Shown: positions 49,561-58,545, counted from the first letter of the stretch. The stretch: DNA of 64,000 nt from a virus (IMGVR_UViG_3300032268_001296:48198-112197); one strand, 5' to 3'. The notes: generated by a model from the letters alone, not told the origin. A program made the numbers and translations.

Positions 49561-49687
49561 AGTATGACACAAAAGAATCTTGACACGCTGTTGTCAAGCA
49601 CAAAGCAGAAAATGCGGAGAGATTTTTTCTGAGAAAAGAACAAAAAAAAGCTTGTCACAAGGTCCGCTTTCGTGCTACTCTTTGCCC

Positions 49688-50035
49688 GTGAGCAACACCA
49701 ACACCGCCGCCGCCGCCATGAACACCGCCACCGCCACCGTTACCCGCTTTCCGAAACAACGTCAATTTGAAGATGGGGAGCGTTTCCTAACCCGCCGATT
49801 GGCCGAGCTTGTGGAAATGAAACGTTCCACCAAGTTTTATGAAATGGCAGAACTTGGCAAGTCCATCGATACGCTGATGGTTATCCTCGGGGATAAAATC
49901 GCCGAAATCATGTCCGACATCGACAAGGACATGGAAGAAATCGAGAATCTCGAATTGGAAGATAGCGTCGAACTTAGACAACAATTGGACACGGTTGGAG
50001 CGCATGCTCTGGATCTACTGTCCGACGCTATCTAA
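49688..50035 (+). CDS. small early protein, leaderless GTG start
   Basis: GTG 6 nt after TACTCT (49676-49681); acidic coiled-coil C-terminus. Confidence 0.7.
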   Translation: MSNTNTAAAAMNTATATVTRFPKQRQFEDGERFLTRRLAELVEMKRSTKFYEMAELGKSIDTLMVILGDKIAEIMSDIDKDMEEIENLELEDSVELRQQLDTVGAHALDLLSDAI

Positions 50036-50097
50036 GTGTTACTCCTCCCCGCTATCCGAAAGGGTAGCGGGGCTTTTCCCTCTTAACTTAACTTATC

Positions 50098-50238
50098 ATG
50101 TTTCCCGCCACTCCCGAAGAATACGAAGAAATGAAATCGGTTTTTAATAAAATACTTTCCGAAGAAGACGTAGATAATTGGAAATGTCGCCGCTGTGGAC
50201 ATTGCGAAGGTGAATGTCTCTGTGAAGAAAACGATTAA
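50098..50238 (+). CDS. 46-aa Cys-rich peptide (below ORF-track cut-off)
   Basis: MFPATPEEYEEMK...WKCRRCGHCEGECLCEEND, followed by terminator CCCCTC-GAAA-GAGGGG-TTTTTTT. Confidence 0.6.
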   Translation: MFPATPEEYEEMKSVFNKILSEEDVDNWKCRRCGHCEGECLCEEND

Positions 50239-50295
50239 ACTTAAGCCCCTCGAAAGAGGGGTTTTTTTATCTTAAAAAATGCAATATCCACAACT

Positions 50296-50360
50296 CATCT
50301 TCGACATATGCAATGACATATCTTGGAGATATGCGATGACATATCTTCGACATATGTGAT
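50296..50360. repeat. three ~23-bp tandem repeats CATATCTTCGACATATGCRATGA
   Basis: Imperfect palindromic core CATATCT-N3-ASATATG; single related copy at about 53952. Confidence 0.7.
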
Positions 50361-50652
50361 GTAACTCGTTGGCGCTCAACGACTTACGTCGATGGGGCCC
50401 CTGCGGGGTCGTTGCTGCATAACTCGTTGACGTTCAATGACTTGCAATCGTTGTAAGTGACTAATACTCAACGACTTACGTCGATGGGGCCCCCCGCCTC
50501 GGTGTAACTCGTTGATGCTCAATGACTTATATCAGGAACATCATCGATATAACTTGTTGATACTCAATAACTTACGTCGAAGGTAGGGGCCCCATGTGCG
50601 TAACTCGTTGATAATCAATGACTTGCAATGTGTGCAACTCGTTGATAATCAG

Positions 50653-50742
50653 ATATTTACAACTTATGTATTTACAGGTTATCTATTTACAGCTTAAGTA
50701 TTTACAAATAATATATTTACAGCTTACTTTCTTGCAGCTTGT
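50653..50742. repeat. six 15-bp tandem repeats, consensus NTATTTACAGCTTAT
   Basis: Exact 15-bp period; a second array of five at 53970-54044 and a degenerate one at about 59441-59498. Confidence 0.85.
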
Positions 50743-50857
50743 CAAGCACAAAGCAGAAAATGCGGAGAAATTCTTTTCGCGAAACGAGCAAAAGAAAGCT
50801 TGCAACAAGCTCGTTCATCATGCATTCTTTCCCCGTCGCCTGACCTCACTTCCTCTT

Positions 50858-51013
50858 ATGCTCGCTTTCGCTACCCTGACCCTCACCTTCGGAACCGAAG
50901 AAATCTCTTTCCGCGTCGTCGCCAACGAGTGGATGCAATCCTATGTCGATAAGATCGTCGAGCGCGAATCGAGCGCTCGCGGCATGCAGCCCGATTCTGT
51001 CACCTGCCGATAA
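50858..51013 (+). CDS. small early protein
   Basis: MLAFATLTLTFGTEEISF; promoter 50800-50828. Confidence 0.6.
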   Translation: MLAFATLTLTFGTEEISFRVVANEWMQSYVDKIVERESSARGMQPDSVTCR

Positions 51014-51099
51014 AAGTGCAAAAGAAAGCTTGCCACTAAGCCCATTTCCTGCCACTCTGTCCCCGCGCCGAGCGCCTCACCACCCACTCCACCACCACC

Positions 51100-51369
51100 A
51101 TGACCCTGCCATTCCCTGCCGATTCCGCCGAGTTCGAAGAATACACCTCCGTCATGGAGGCAATGGCCGATGAGGCCGAAGCGTCCACGCCCGATCCCGA
51201 GCCCGAGGACTTCGAACGAGACGACTACCACCCGAACTCGCAAGAGGAGGACGAAGCCTACTGGGCGAGCATGGAGGAGCGGGACTACGGCGGTGAGGAC
51301 TCCTACCTAGATGCCTACTGGGAGGACCAAGCCGAATATGGCATGGAGGGTTGCTGCGGCGACTTCTGA
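51100..51369 (+). CDS. highly acidic 89-aa early protein (possible DNA mimic)
   Basis: About one third Asp/Glu, almost no basic residues; own promoter 51030-51058. Confidence 0.7.
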   Translation: MTLPFPADSAEFEEYTSVMEAMADEAEASTPDPEPEDFERDDYHPNSQEEDEAYWASMEERDYGGEDSYLDAYWEDQAEYGMEGCCGDF

Positions 51370-51671
51370 GTCAAGCGAAATCGCTCCGAAAGGAGCGATT
51401 TTTTTGTGCCCTCGTCTGAAAAAAAAGCTTGACAAAATACGCAAACATCGTAAAGAATCAATTCGCGTAACTCGTTGAATATCAATGACTTACACCGAGG
51501 CGGGGGGCCCCAGCCCCGTAACTCGTTGAGTATCAGTGAGTTACGTATGTTTCGCCTTTGCCATACCCTGTGATTCTTGTCAAGCGAAAGCAGAAAATGC
51601 GTAGTCTTTTTTTCTGCGGAAAATACAGAAAAGATCTTGCGCCAAGTCGGTTCCCGCTGTATTCTCTGCGC

Positions 51672-51965
51672 ATGACGAACGACGAACTTCTCGCCCTGCC
51701 AATCGGAACCTTCACCAACTTCGGCGTTTTCCGTGGCGTTGAATACCGTGTGGATACCAACGGCAACAAGTGGCCAGTCGCTACTTTCCGCAACTTGGAG
51801 CATGGAACCTCGAAGATTCCTTTCAACGCTTGCTTGATCGGAGGTGTCCGCACTTTCGACAGCTTGGAAATCATCACGGAAGAGCGTTGGGAATGGATGA
51901 AGCAACAGCGTGAAGAAATGGTTAAGCGTTATCTCGATACTCTGCCTCATGGCGCTGCTGTCTAA
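51672..51965 (+). CDS. small early protein, leaderless
   Basis: ATG 6 nt after TATTCT (51660-51665). Confidence 0.7.
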   Translation: MTNDELLALPIGTFTNFGVFRGVEYRVDTNGNKWPVATFRNLEHGTSKIPFNACLIGGVRTFDSLEIITEERWEWMKQQREEMVKRYLDTLPHGAAV

Positions 51966-51990
51966 GATAAAAATTAAATAAAAAAACAAT

Positions 51991-52260
51991 ATGTCAAAAC
52001 GCATTATCTCTTGTCAGGTGTGGGAATGGTATGGTTCCGAAGACTTTACCGAGGGCCGATATAAAGCAAAAGGTGGACAAGAGTTTATCTTTGACGCTAC
52101 TTCTGAAACGGAAGCTCTCGATGAAGACGAACTTATCGAAAAGTTTAACTCCGTGTTTAATCGCCACGGCAGATGGTATCGTTACGAAGCGAAAGATGTT
52201 GACTACTACTTCGAGCCTGTAAAGGTTACTTTTGTGAATGGGGAATTTCAAGCAGTTTAA
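51991..52260 (+). CDS. hypothetical protein
   Basis: 89 aa, GRYKAKGGQEFI. Confidence 0.7.
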   Translation: MSKRIISCQVWEWYGSEDFTEGRYKAKGGQEFIFDATSETEALDEDELIEKFNSVFNRHGRWYRYEAKDVDYYFEPVKVTFVNGEFQAV

Positions 52261-52279
52261 CAATAAAAATACATTAAAA

Positions 52280-52444
52280 ATGAAAGCTATCTTGTTTGGT
52301 CTTTTGCACCTCGCTCCTCTTGTTGGTATCTTTATGATCGCCATCAATCATGAGCCTATCTATCACGCTATCGGAACCGCTATGCTGTGCATGTCTGCTC
52401 TTGTCTTGGGCTATATCCACGGAATCAACAAGTCATTCGGTTAA
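52280..52444 (+). CDS. small two-helix membrane protein
   Basis: MKAILFGLLHLAPLVGIFMIAI..AIGTAMLCMSALVLGYI. Confidence 0.6.
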   Translation: MKAILFGLLHLAPLVGIFMIAINHEPIYHAIGTAMLCMSALVLGYIHGINKSFG

Positions 52445-52660
52445 GTTAGCCTCAGTCGTAACTCGTTGAGCGTCAACGAGTTACGCATATGGGGCCCCCG
52501 CCTCGGCGTAAGTCATTAGTAATCAACGAGTTACGAACTCAGCTTCTTTATCGCAAAATCCAGTTCCGTCAAGCAAAAAGCAGAAATGCGGAGAGATTTT
52601 TTTTCAGAAAAGAGCAAAAAAGATCTTGCGGCGAGTCGGTCCCCGTGCTACTCTTTGCGC

Positions 52661-52792
52661 ATGGAAATCTTCGCCATTTACCGCAACCAGACCGTCGCTC
52701 TTCTTGGATTCGAGGGCGACGAAGCCCTGATTTCATTCGATGACGGTGGGGAAGAATACGTTGCAATCGAAAGCCTCGACATTCTTCCTTAA
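52661..52792 (+). CDS. 43-aa acidic SH3-like peptide, leaderless
   Basis: ATG 6 nt after TACTCT (52649-52654); ALISFDDGGEEYVAIESL. Confidence 0.6.
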   Translation: MEIFAIYRNQTVALLGFEGDEALISFDDGGEEYVAIESLDILP

Positions 52793-52850
52793 AAAAACCC
52801 TTGCGCGGGTTCGATCCCCGTGCTACTCTTTCCCTGTCAGCAAAACCACC

Positions 52851-53087
52851 ATGAACATTTCCCACTTTCAACGCTCCAAAGAAATCGTTAAGATTGATAT
52901 CTCTGCGATGTCTAAGAAAGATATCAACACGTTGATGCAGGAAGTTATCAATATCCTTAACTTCTCCAGACTTACATACTTTCATCAACAAACTAATTGG
53001 GAAGTGCAAATGATCATTAGTCTTGAGAAGTTTCGTCAAAATTGTCTATCTACTTTGAAGTCTGCGCCGAAATACACTAATCAATAA
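52851..53087 (+). CDS. hypothetical protein
   Basis: Promoter 52801-52829; ACCACC-ATG start. Confidence 0.6.
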   Translation: MNISHFQRSKEIVKIDISAMSKKDINTLMQEVINILNFSRLTYFHQQTNWEVQMIISLEKFRQNCLSTLKSAPKYTNQ

Positions 53088-53093
53088 AAAAAT

Positions 53094-53210
53094 ATGGACT
53101 CCACACTTCCCATCATCACTCTTGTCGGATTGTTTTTCTTTACTTGTTTTTGCATGGCTTCTTTCTTTATCGGCTCCGCAATTGGAGAATTTATTGTCTC
53201 TCTGTTTTAA
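53094..53210 (+). CDS. 38-aa hydrophobic membrane peptide
   Basis: MDSTLPIITLVGLFFFTCFCMASFFIGSAIGEFIVSLF, upstream of the lysozyme. Confidence 0.5.
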   Translation: MDSTLPIITLVGLFFFTCFCMASFFIGSAIGEFIVSLF

Positions 53211-53225
53211 GTTTTAAACAATAAA

Positions 53226-53792
53226 ATGAAAGCCCTTACCTTTTCTTTTCTTATGTTTTCTTTGGTTGTCGCTTTGGCACTGCAAACAGTAAATCCTATT
53301 GTTTACTCTAAAAATTTCCCTATCGTAGTTAAGCCCAAAAAACAATATGTTGTTTGGCAAGATAAGATGATCCAAGGCATCAAGTCTTTTGAATCTTTCA
53401 AGCCCGCGCCATATCGTTGTCCCGCTGGTGTTCTAACTGTCGGATATGGTCATACTGGTAAGTTCGCGTCTCAATATGTTAATAAACAACAGGCCGAAAA
53501 ACTACTGATTGAAGAAGTTAATTACTATCGCCAAATTGTTTTGCGTAATGTTAAAGTTCCTCTTACGGAATATCAACTTTGCGCACTAACTTCTTTTGCT
53601 TTTAATACTGGAGAAGCTAATCTCCAAAAACTTATCAATGGAAGGAATAGACTTAACTCTGGTAATTATGATAGCGTGGCGAAGCTTATGCCTATGTATC
53701 GTAAGGGTGGGGGAAAAGTGCTTAAAGGTTTGGTTAAGCGTAGAGCGTGGGAAGTTAGCGTATGGAATGGCGTTATAGATATGCGCGGCTGA
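53226..53792 (+). CDS. GH24 phage lysozyme with N-terminal signal/anchor
   Basis: Catalytic E-x8-C-x5-T (FESFKPAPYRCPAGVLTVGYGHT), ALTSFAFNTG, GLVKRRAWE; hydrophobic N-terminus. Confidence 0.9.
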   Translation: MKALTFSFLMFSLVVALALQTVNPIVYSKNFPIVVKPKKQYVVWQDKMIQGIKSFESFKPAPYRCPAGVLTVGYGHTGKFASQYVNKQQAEKLLIEEVNYYRQIVLRNVKVPLTEYQLCALTSFAFNTGEANLQKLINGRNRLNSGNYDSVAKLMPMYRKGGGKVLKGLVKRRAWEVSVWNGVIDMRG

Positions 53793-54107
53793 AGCTTTTT
53801 ATAACTCGTTGAGCGTCAACGACTTGCGAATCTCTGTAAGTCGTTGATTGTCAACGAGTTACGCCGAGGCGGGGGGCCCCATCGACGTAAGTCGTTGATT
53901 TTCAATGGGTTATGCCGATTGTAAGTCTTTGAGAATCAATGAGTTATACAGCATATCTTCAGCATATGTCTATTTGGCGAATGCGTATTTGCAGCTTATC
54001 TATTTGCAGCTTATGTATTTACAGCTTATTCGTTTACAGCTTGTCAAGAAAAAAAATAGAGAAAAAAAGATTTTGACAAACCAAGGAAACCCAAGTAGGT
54101 TTCACCC

Positions 54108-54251
54108 ATGAAATTCATTCTGTCTTTGATCTTTCGCCGCCGTAAGCCTGTTCTTGGTCCGCAAGTCTTTGCAAGGAAAACTTGGCTCGAAAAGCAAGTT
54201 GAAGAAGCTCAGTATCAGCAATCAAAAAAATTGATTTTGGGCATTGACTGA
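54108..54251 (+). CDS. 47-aa basic peptide, leaderless
   Basis: TTGACA(54073)-17-TAGGTT-6 nt-ATG. Confidence 0.6.
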   Translation: MKFILSLIFRRRKPVLGPQVFARKTWLEKQVEEAQYQQSKKLILGID

Positions 54252-54277
54252 TTCCAGAAAACCTCTAAGCTTTCTCC

Positions 54278-54607
54278 ATGCTCACCACGCAAGAAGTTGA
54301 CCAATACATTCGCCTGACTCTGAAACAATGGGGCTTGGCTCACTTGACCATCGAATGGTTCGAATCAAAAAGGTTTTTGGGTCTTGCTTGCGTTTACGAT
54401 GATAAAATCAAATTAAATGTTTTGATTCTGAACCGCTTCAGTTTGTTTGATGAGGTTCTAAAGCATGAGATTGCCCACTTTCTGACTTTCGAAGCGAACG
54501 GCAAGAAGTTTTTGCGCAAGAATAATCGTTGGCAACTTCACGGCGCGGATTTCAAAGCTCAATGCCGTCGAATGAAAATTCCCGCAAGAACTAGAATCCC
54601 TGTTTGA
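54278..54607 (+). CDS. SprT-like zinc metalloprotease, leaderless
   Basis: LGLA, IKLN, VLKHEIAH, HGADFK; TTGACT-16-TAAGCT-6 nt-ATG. Confidence 0.8.
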   Translation: MLTTQEVDQYIRLTLKQWGLAHLTIEWFESKRFLGLACVYDDKIKLNVLILNRFSLFDEVLKHEIAHFLTFEANGKKFLRKNNRWQLHGADFKAQCRRMKIPARTRIPV

Positions 54608-54641
54608 CTCATTCTGTTTTTTGGTTCATTCTCTCGCCGCC

Positions 54642-54785
54642 ATGAAAAAGCCCAAAACTCTCTCCAAAAACTCTCTTGACATGCGCAACTTAGTGCGGCA
54701 TACTTGCCCGCCGCCCGCCTTCTCCTTCCCAAGCAAAAAGAAACAACAAAACAAGAAAGCCTGCCGCCATGACCGAAACTACTGA
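54642..54785 (+). CDS. 47-aa basic peptide
   Basis: TTGACT(54604)-17-CATTCT-9 nt-ATG; MKKPKTLSKN..SKKKQQNKKACR. Confidence 0.5.
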   Translation: MKKPKTLSKNSLDMRNLVRHTCPPPAFSFPSKKKQQNKKACRHDRNY

Positions 54786-54969
54786 AGAAATTGAATACAT
54801 CCCCACTTGGTCAAGTAATCTTGATCTTTTGCTTGGAGATTGGGCGCATGCCAAGTGCGCAAAAGTTCGTAACGCTGTAAAAGAAGAATTGAATCGTATG
54901 GCTGCTTTAGCTGATGCTTATGAAGCAAGCACAAAAGAAACAACAAAACAAGAAAGCCTGCCGCGATGA
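54769..54969 (+). CDS. small protein, paralogue A
   Basis: PTWSSNLDLLL..EELNRMAALADA. Confidence 0.7.
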   Translation: MTETTEEIEYIPTWSSNLDLLLGDWAHAKCAKVRNAVKEELNRMAALADAYEASTKETTKQESLPR

Positions 54970-55145
54970 ACCAAACGATTGATTGTACTCCTACATGGAC
55001 AGAAAGCCTTCCCCTCCTTTTGCGCATCCTGAAAGATGGAACCACTGCCGAGGGTCGCAAGATCGCAGAAGAAGAATTGTTTCGCATGGCACAAGTTGCT
55101 GATGCTCACGTAGCAAGCGCAAAACAAAAGAAAATTTCTGGTTGA
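54966..55145 (+). CDS. small protein, paralogue B (59 aa, absent from ORF track)
   Basis: MNQTIDCTPTWTESLPLLL..EEELFRMAQVADAH. Confidence 0.7.
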   Translation: MNQTIDCTPTWTESLPLLLRILKDGTTAEGRKIAEEELFRMAQVADAHVASAKQKKISG

Positions 55146-55415
55146 CATGGTGAGGTAACATGGTAGGGGAGTTGTGGTGGCTCCCCTACCTAACCCACTA
55201 AGTATCAACGAGTTACGCCGACGCGGGGGGCCCCGTGCCCGTAAGTCGTTGATAATCAATCACTTGCGTCATGACACAAAAAGTGTTTGACAGTATCCCG
55301 TCAAGCACAAAGCAAAAAATGCACAGTGTTTTTTTCTCAGGAAAATGCCGAAAAGAGCTTGCAACACCTCGGTTTTTCATGCATTCTTTCCCCGTCACCT
55401 GACCCCACAAACCAA

Positions 55416-55850
55416 ATGAACCTGACTCAAGACCTCACCACTGGAATCCTCATCGCCTTCATCTTCATTGGCATTTTCGCCGTCATCGTCACAATCTTCG
55501 TTGAAGCAATCGACCAAAAAAAACACAAGAAAGAGCTTGAATCCATCCGCGAAAAAGCGCACAATCTCCCCGCCAACAAAGTCAAAACTATGCAAACCGA
55601 ACTCGACAACCTGATCGCACAAACCAAAGGTAAGTTCTTCTCGATCACCTTCGTGAAGAAAGACGGCTCCGTCCGCGTCATCAACGGCAAGGACAAGTAT
55701 CAACGCTTGCTCAAGGGCGGCGTGAACAATGTCTCCGTCGCGGGATACGTTCCCTTCGTCAACCGCAACACCGAAACTTGGGCATCTGCTCACAAGGATG
55801 CGGTTGTGACCTTCCGCTGCGGCAAGCTTGTCAAGCAAGTTTCCGCTTGA
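55416..55850 (+). CDS. N-terminal TM helix plus WYL_2/SH3-like domain
   Basis: GILIAFIFIGIFAVIVTIFV then KFFSITFVKKDGSVRVING; terminator at 55861-55891. Confidence 0.6.
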   Translation: MNLTQDLTTGILIAFIFIGIFAVIVTIFVEAIDQKKHKKELESIREKAHNLPANKVKTMQTELDNLIAQTKGKFFSITFVKKDGSVRVINGKDKYQRLLKGGVNNVSVAGYVPFVNRNTETWASAHKDAVVTFRCGKLVKQVSA

Positions 55851-56201
55851 CATCCCCACGCCGCTCCCCGAAAGGGGAGCGGTTTTTTTTTGCGCAATCG
55901 CGAAAAAATCTCTTGACAAAAAAAGAAAATGTCGTAAAGCGATTCAAGTCATAAGTCGCTAATACTCAATGAGTTACACCGATGGGGCCCCCCGCGCCCG
56001 CGTAAGTCCTTGATACTCAACGAGTTACGTAAGCTGCACCTCTACTGCAAAAACTCTGCGCGTCAAGCAGAAAGCAAAAAATGCGGAGAAAAAAGAATCT
56101 CACGAAAACAATGTGAAATGTGTGGACAAATCCGCTGCATGTGGTATCTTCTCCCTGTCGCCGCTGATGGCGACCAACTCCAAACCAAAGCAAATACTAC
56201 C

Positions 56202-57005
56202 ATGGCCCTCATCATCGCAAAAAACAAGGTTTCCGCTGATCAACTCGCGACCGTCGCGACTCCTGACCGCACCGATTCTTTCACCCCGATTCCCCATTTC
56301 GACCTTGTTTCCCTTACGCGGGACGCTATCGGTCGGGCTGGTTTGAGCGTGGACATCGAAGAGCATTCACTGGCTCGCGGCGGGCAACGCTACTTCGGCG
56401 GGTTTGCTCTCAAGGGCGCGGACATCTCGGGCGCGGATCGTCAAATCGTTCTTGGTCTGCGCAACGCTCACGACAAGAGCTTTGCCGCCTCGATCTGCGT
56501 CGGCAATCGGATGCTGGTTTGTGAAAATCTTTGCTTCTCTTCTGATGTGAAGCTTGCCCGCCGCCACACGACCAACATCATGGCGGATCTTCCCCGCGTG
56601 CTGTCGGATGCTGTTTCCCGTGTCGTTTCTCACTGGAATGACATGGAAAAGCGGATCGAGCTTTACAAGGAAACGGAAATCGGTCGCGACCGTGCGGCGG
56701 ATCTCCTGATCGACCTTGTGGATTCCAAGGCTTTCCCCGCTCGCGACATCTACAACGCGATTCAGGAATTCCGCAATCCCCGCCACGTGGAATTCAAGGG
56801 CGGCACTCTCTGGACGCTTTACAACTCGATCACCGAAAACCTCAAGGGTGGCGACCTTTCCAAGCTTCCGTTTCGCACGATGACGGCGCAAAGCGTTTTC
56901 GACCGCATCGCGGGGCATCGTCCGCAGATTGTGGTTGACATCGACGCTGCCGACGCTGGCACGGATGACGAAGCGGAAGCGCCGACCGTGGTGATTTCCG
57001 CTTGA
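56202..57005 (+). CDS. DUF932-family phage/plasmid protein
   Basis: LGLRNAHDKSFAASICVGNRMLVCENL, RRHT, TLWTLYNSITE; terminator at 57016-57045. Confidence 0.75.
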   Translation: MALIIAKNKVSADQLATVATPDRTDSFTPIPHFDLVSLTRDAIGRAGLSVDIEEHSLARGGQRYFGGFALKGADISGADRQIVLGLRNAHDKSFAASICVGNRMLVCENLCFSSDVKLARRHTTNIMADLPRVLSDAVSRVVSHWNDMEKRIELYKETEIGRDRAADLLIDLVDSKAFPARDIYNAIQEFRNPRHVEFKGGTLWTLYNSITENLKGGDLSKLPFRTMTAQSVFDRIAGHRPQIVVDIDAADAGTDDEAEAPTVVISA

Positions 57006-57309
57006 CAAACCAAAGACGCTCCCCGAAAGGGGAGCGTTTTTTTTTGCGCAGTCCGCGAAAAATTTCTTGACAAAAAAAGAAAATGCCGTAAAGAGCACAA
57101 AGTCATAAGTGACTGATAATCAACGAGTTACATCGAGGCGGGGGGCCCCATGTCCGTAAGTCGTTGATAATCAACGAGTTACATCATGACACAAAAAGTT
57201 CTTGACTCTGCCCTGTCAAGCAGAAAGCAGAAAATGCGCAGTGTTTTTTTTCGACATTCACGCAAGAAATCCCTTGCAATGCTCGCCCGTGCTGGTATCT
57301 TTCGCCCGT

Positions 57310-58008
57310 ATGCAACTCCTCAACTCTGGAAACGCCAAGACCCGCAAAGGTGAAAAGCTCGGTTTCATCACGTTCGGCATTCACCTCGCGCCCGCTAACT
57401 TGTCGGGTTTTAACGTGTGCAAAGATGCAAGCGCTGGCTGTGCTGCCGCTTGTCTCAACACTGCGGGACGTGGTGCAATGTCTTCTGTCCAGCGTGCGCG
57501 TATCGCCAAGACACGCTTGTTTTTTACCGATAAAAATACTTTCCTCACTTCTTTGTGGGACGAGGTTTCTAAGGCTATCCGCAAGGCTAAGAAAAATGAT
57601 ATGCAACCTTGCTTTCGTCTTAACCTTACTTCGGATCTTCCGTGGGAAAAGATTAAACTTAACGGCGTGACTGTCTTTGACGCTTTCCCTGATGTCCAGT
57701 TTTACGATTACACTAAAATCCCTTCCCGCATGTCTGCTTTCCTTGCTGGGGACATGCCCGCAAACTATCATTTGACTTTCTCGCGCAGCGAAAGCAATGG
57801 TGAAATTGCGGATGCTATCCTTAAGTCAGGCGGCAATGTCGCAATGGTTTTCCGCAAGTATCTTCCGACGCATTACAAGGGCGCGGAAGTTATCGACGGC
57901 GACGATACAGACTTGCGTTTCCTCGATGGACATGGTAAGGTAATCGGGCTTAAGGAAAAGGGCCTTGCTAAGAAAGACGAAAGCGGTTTTGTTCTTGAGC
58001 CTCAATAA
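57310..58008 (+). CDS. Gp88-like phage protein (CxxxC, radical-SAM-like barrel)
   Basis: VCKDASAGCAAACLNTAGRG, FRLNLTSD, QFYDYTK, YHLTFS, DGDDTDLRFLD. Confidence 0.7.
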   Translation: MQLLNSGNAKTRKGEKLGFITFGIHLAPANLSGFNVCKDASAGCAAACLNTAGRGAMSSVQRARIAKTRLFFTDKNTFLTSLWDEVSKAIRKAKKNDMQPCFRLNLTSDLPWEKIKLNGVTVFDAFPDVQFYDYTKIPSRMSAFLAGDMPANYHLTFSRSESNGEIADAILKSGGNVAMVFRKYLPTHYKGAEVIDGDDTDLRFLDGHGKVIGLKEKGLAKKDESGFVLEPQ

Positions 58009-58059
58009 AATGGACATTTTAAATTTTCTTCTTCTAACGTTTTGTCTTTTAACTCTTAC

Positions 58060-58272
58060 ATGGAAACGCTAGTTCTTCATAGTATCTTACATACTGAGCT
58101 TGGCCATTTCTTTGTTTGCCTTGTCGTGACACAAGATAGTGAACAGCTCACTTGCCATAAGATAGAAACATCAAACGGTGTCGATGTCATCATGCCACCG
58201 CAGGATCTGGACAAGGAGACTCATGATAACTTAAAAGATAAGCTAATCCACCTGCTAGATAAAACCATGTAA
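58060..58272 (+). CDS. hypothetical protein
   Basis: 70-aa ORF after the Gp88-like gene. Confidence 0.45.
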   Translation: METLVLHSILHTELGHFFVCLVVTQDSEQLTCHKIETSNGVDVIMPPQDLDKETHDNLKDKLIHLLDKTM

Positions 58273-58545
58273 TAGGCATATCCGCAACTCGTTGAGGTCC
58301 AGCGAGTTGCGCCAATGCAAGAAAAAAATCCCCTGACGTAAGTCGTTGATTATCAACGAGTTACGGACATGGGGCCCCCCGCGTCGGCGTAAGTCCTTGA
58401 GTATCAGCGACTTACGAATGCGACTCCTTTACCGCAAAAATCATTCTCGTCAACAAGAAAGCAGAAAATGCGGAATCTTTTTTTCGTGAGAAAATACAAC
58501 TAAAAGCTTGCGCTGATCCGCTTCCCGCCGTATTCTCTCCCCGCG

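Larger units (their letters stand above)
48417..58536 (+). promoter_or_regulatory. repeated early promoter cassette: GTCAAGCRNAAAGCAGAAAATGCG box, T/A tracts, sigma70 -35/-10
   Basis: Box at 48417, 49037, 49593, 50741, 51579, 52568, 55300, 56062, 57215, 58449. The -35 (TTGCAA/TTGTCA/TTGCGC) starts 58-61 bp after each box start; -10 is TACTCT/TATTCT/CATTCT/TATCTT after 16-18 nt. Confidence 0.85.

Noticed and set aside
52805-52821. tRNA T-arm-like GCGGG-TTCGATC-CCCGT
   Set aside because: It is the 17-nt promoter spacer region, similar to the one at 52632, and has no anticodon or D arm.
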